This document shows positions 62,790 through 64,000 of a stretch of 64,000 nt of DNA, in pieces. The notes under the pieces are model-generated. The model saw only the letters and a list, made by a program, of their open reading frames with translations. It did not search any database and had not been told where the DNA came from. The DNA comes from Lama guanicoe. Its lineage: Eukaryota. The first letter of the stretch is position 1; every line of letters begins with the position of its first letter. A program made the position numbers and the translations under genes. The DNA lies in the NCBI GenBank assembly GCA_013239625.1, contig MU053652.1, forward strand, positions 1,924,001-1,988,000, given 5' to 3'.

Positions 62790-63080
62790 CCTCTCACGTC
62801 CAGGTACCTCCTCTGTGCCTGACACGGTGCTAGACTCTGCGGCTACAAAGACTATCGGGCATGGCTTCTGCCCTCCACAGGCTGACAGTCGCGGGTAAGA
62901 GATGGGAGGGCAGCTGTTTGGACACGAGTCACATGTGATGCCAGAGGATGTGTGTGTCCGGATGGGTTGTAGCAGGCAGCATCTCACAGCCACTCTTAAG
63001 TGGAGTTTTGAAGCCCACCTAGGACTCATTAGGTGAACAAGGAGAGTTTCTGTTCCACTCAGGAAGTGATGGGCTTCTTT
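62790..63080 (-). mobile_element. L2 LINE fragment
   Basis: 'gtacctcctctgtgcctgacacggtgctag...ctgccctccacaggctgacagtc...gagttttgaag'. Confidence 0.5.
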
Positions 63081-64000
63081 CCACAAACTCCCTCTGGGGA
63101 AGGGACCCTCCCGTAACTACTTGAGACAAAGGGATTCTCCAAGTCCTAACTGACACTCTAGGTGCCTCACCAGAGTCTTCCTCTCTCCTTCGGCAGACAG
63201 CATCCTTTCCCCTCATCTGTGTGTAACGGGTGTTGCGGTCTGAGACTGCAAGGTCAGACATCAGTATTCAGCTCTCGTGACGGAAACTTACTCAGAGCCA
63301 AGATGCAATAAATACTGATGAAGATGTGGGGCCCAGATGGACTCTGCTGGAGAGTTCTACCCCAGGCACAGCTGCCCCAGATTTAATCCCTTCAGCTCCA
63401 GAATCGCCTCCCTGTCGCTTTTACGCGGTCCTTGTCCCCGCTTCTCCTCCAGAGCTTTCTTCCCAGGCAGCACGAGCCTGCTGCCCAGAGCCTGCCAACA
63501 ACCGGGAATGACGCAGCACCAGGGCTCAGCCAGGCGCCCTGCCGACCAGCCCTGAGTCCCAGACCAAAACACAGACTGAGGCAGAAGCCAGCCTGTGGCC
63601 CTGGAACGTTATTTAATGTAGGGTGCTCTGGCGTCTCCTCTCTTTCACCTGGAGAATAGTGCCACCTCTACTAAAACTGGAAAATTGGGCAGGAACAGAG
63701 CTTTGGACCATAGAATTAATGCACCCTGTTTAATGCTGGGCAGGAGAAGAGTTGCATGGTGGAGCTCCTGCACCCTTTCTGAACCAAGACCCTTAGACTC
63801 TGGATTCCCCCACGGAGCACAGCAACACTAAGTGAAGCCTGTTCGCTCCTCCGAAAAGCCTGCCAGGTCCGGTCTCTCGCAGTGCCCACCTCTAGGTGAG
63901 GCTGCATTTAATTCTGCCCATCTTTTTAGCTTGACTCTACAGAGCTTTCCAAGGGCATGCCCCTGACCTCTCCAATCTGCTTCTCTCTGCCAGTGAGTCA

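Overview
Mammalian genomic DNA, probably Laurasiatherian and possibly cetartiodactyl, covering the middle and 3' part of a plexin-A gene on the + strand, identified as PLXNA4. Twenty consecutive coding exons (3016-62538, about exons 10-29 by recalled human numbering) all have AG/GT boundaries and compatible phases. They join into a 3128-nt uninterrupted frame encoding PSI/IPT ectodomain repeats, the transmembrane helix, the juxtamembrane KRK segment, the first GAP segment, the RhoGTPase-binding domain and the start of the second GAP segment. The start and stop codons lie outside the window. Introns carry old mammalian repeats (L1, L2, CR1/L3, MIR, MER3/MER5/MER58, MLT1/MLT2); subfamily names come from recalled consensus sequences, not a search. 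Nearly all ORFs in the supplied track are spurious or are exon read-throughs. I see no convincing new biological system. The most interesting unexplained items are a 63-bp ~90%-identical inverted repeat in intron 10, a very CpG-dense ~180-bp patch in intron 14, and an in-register double-strand open frame in intron 22.
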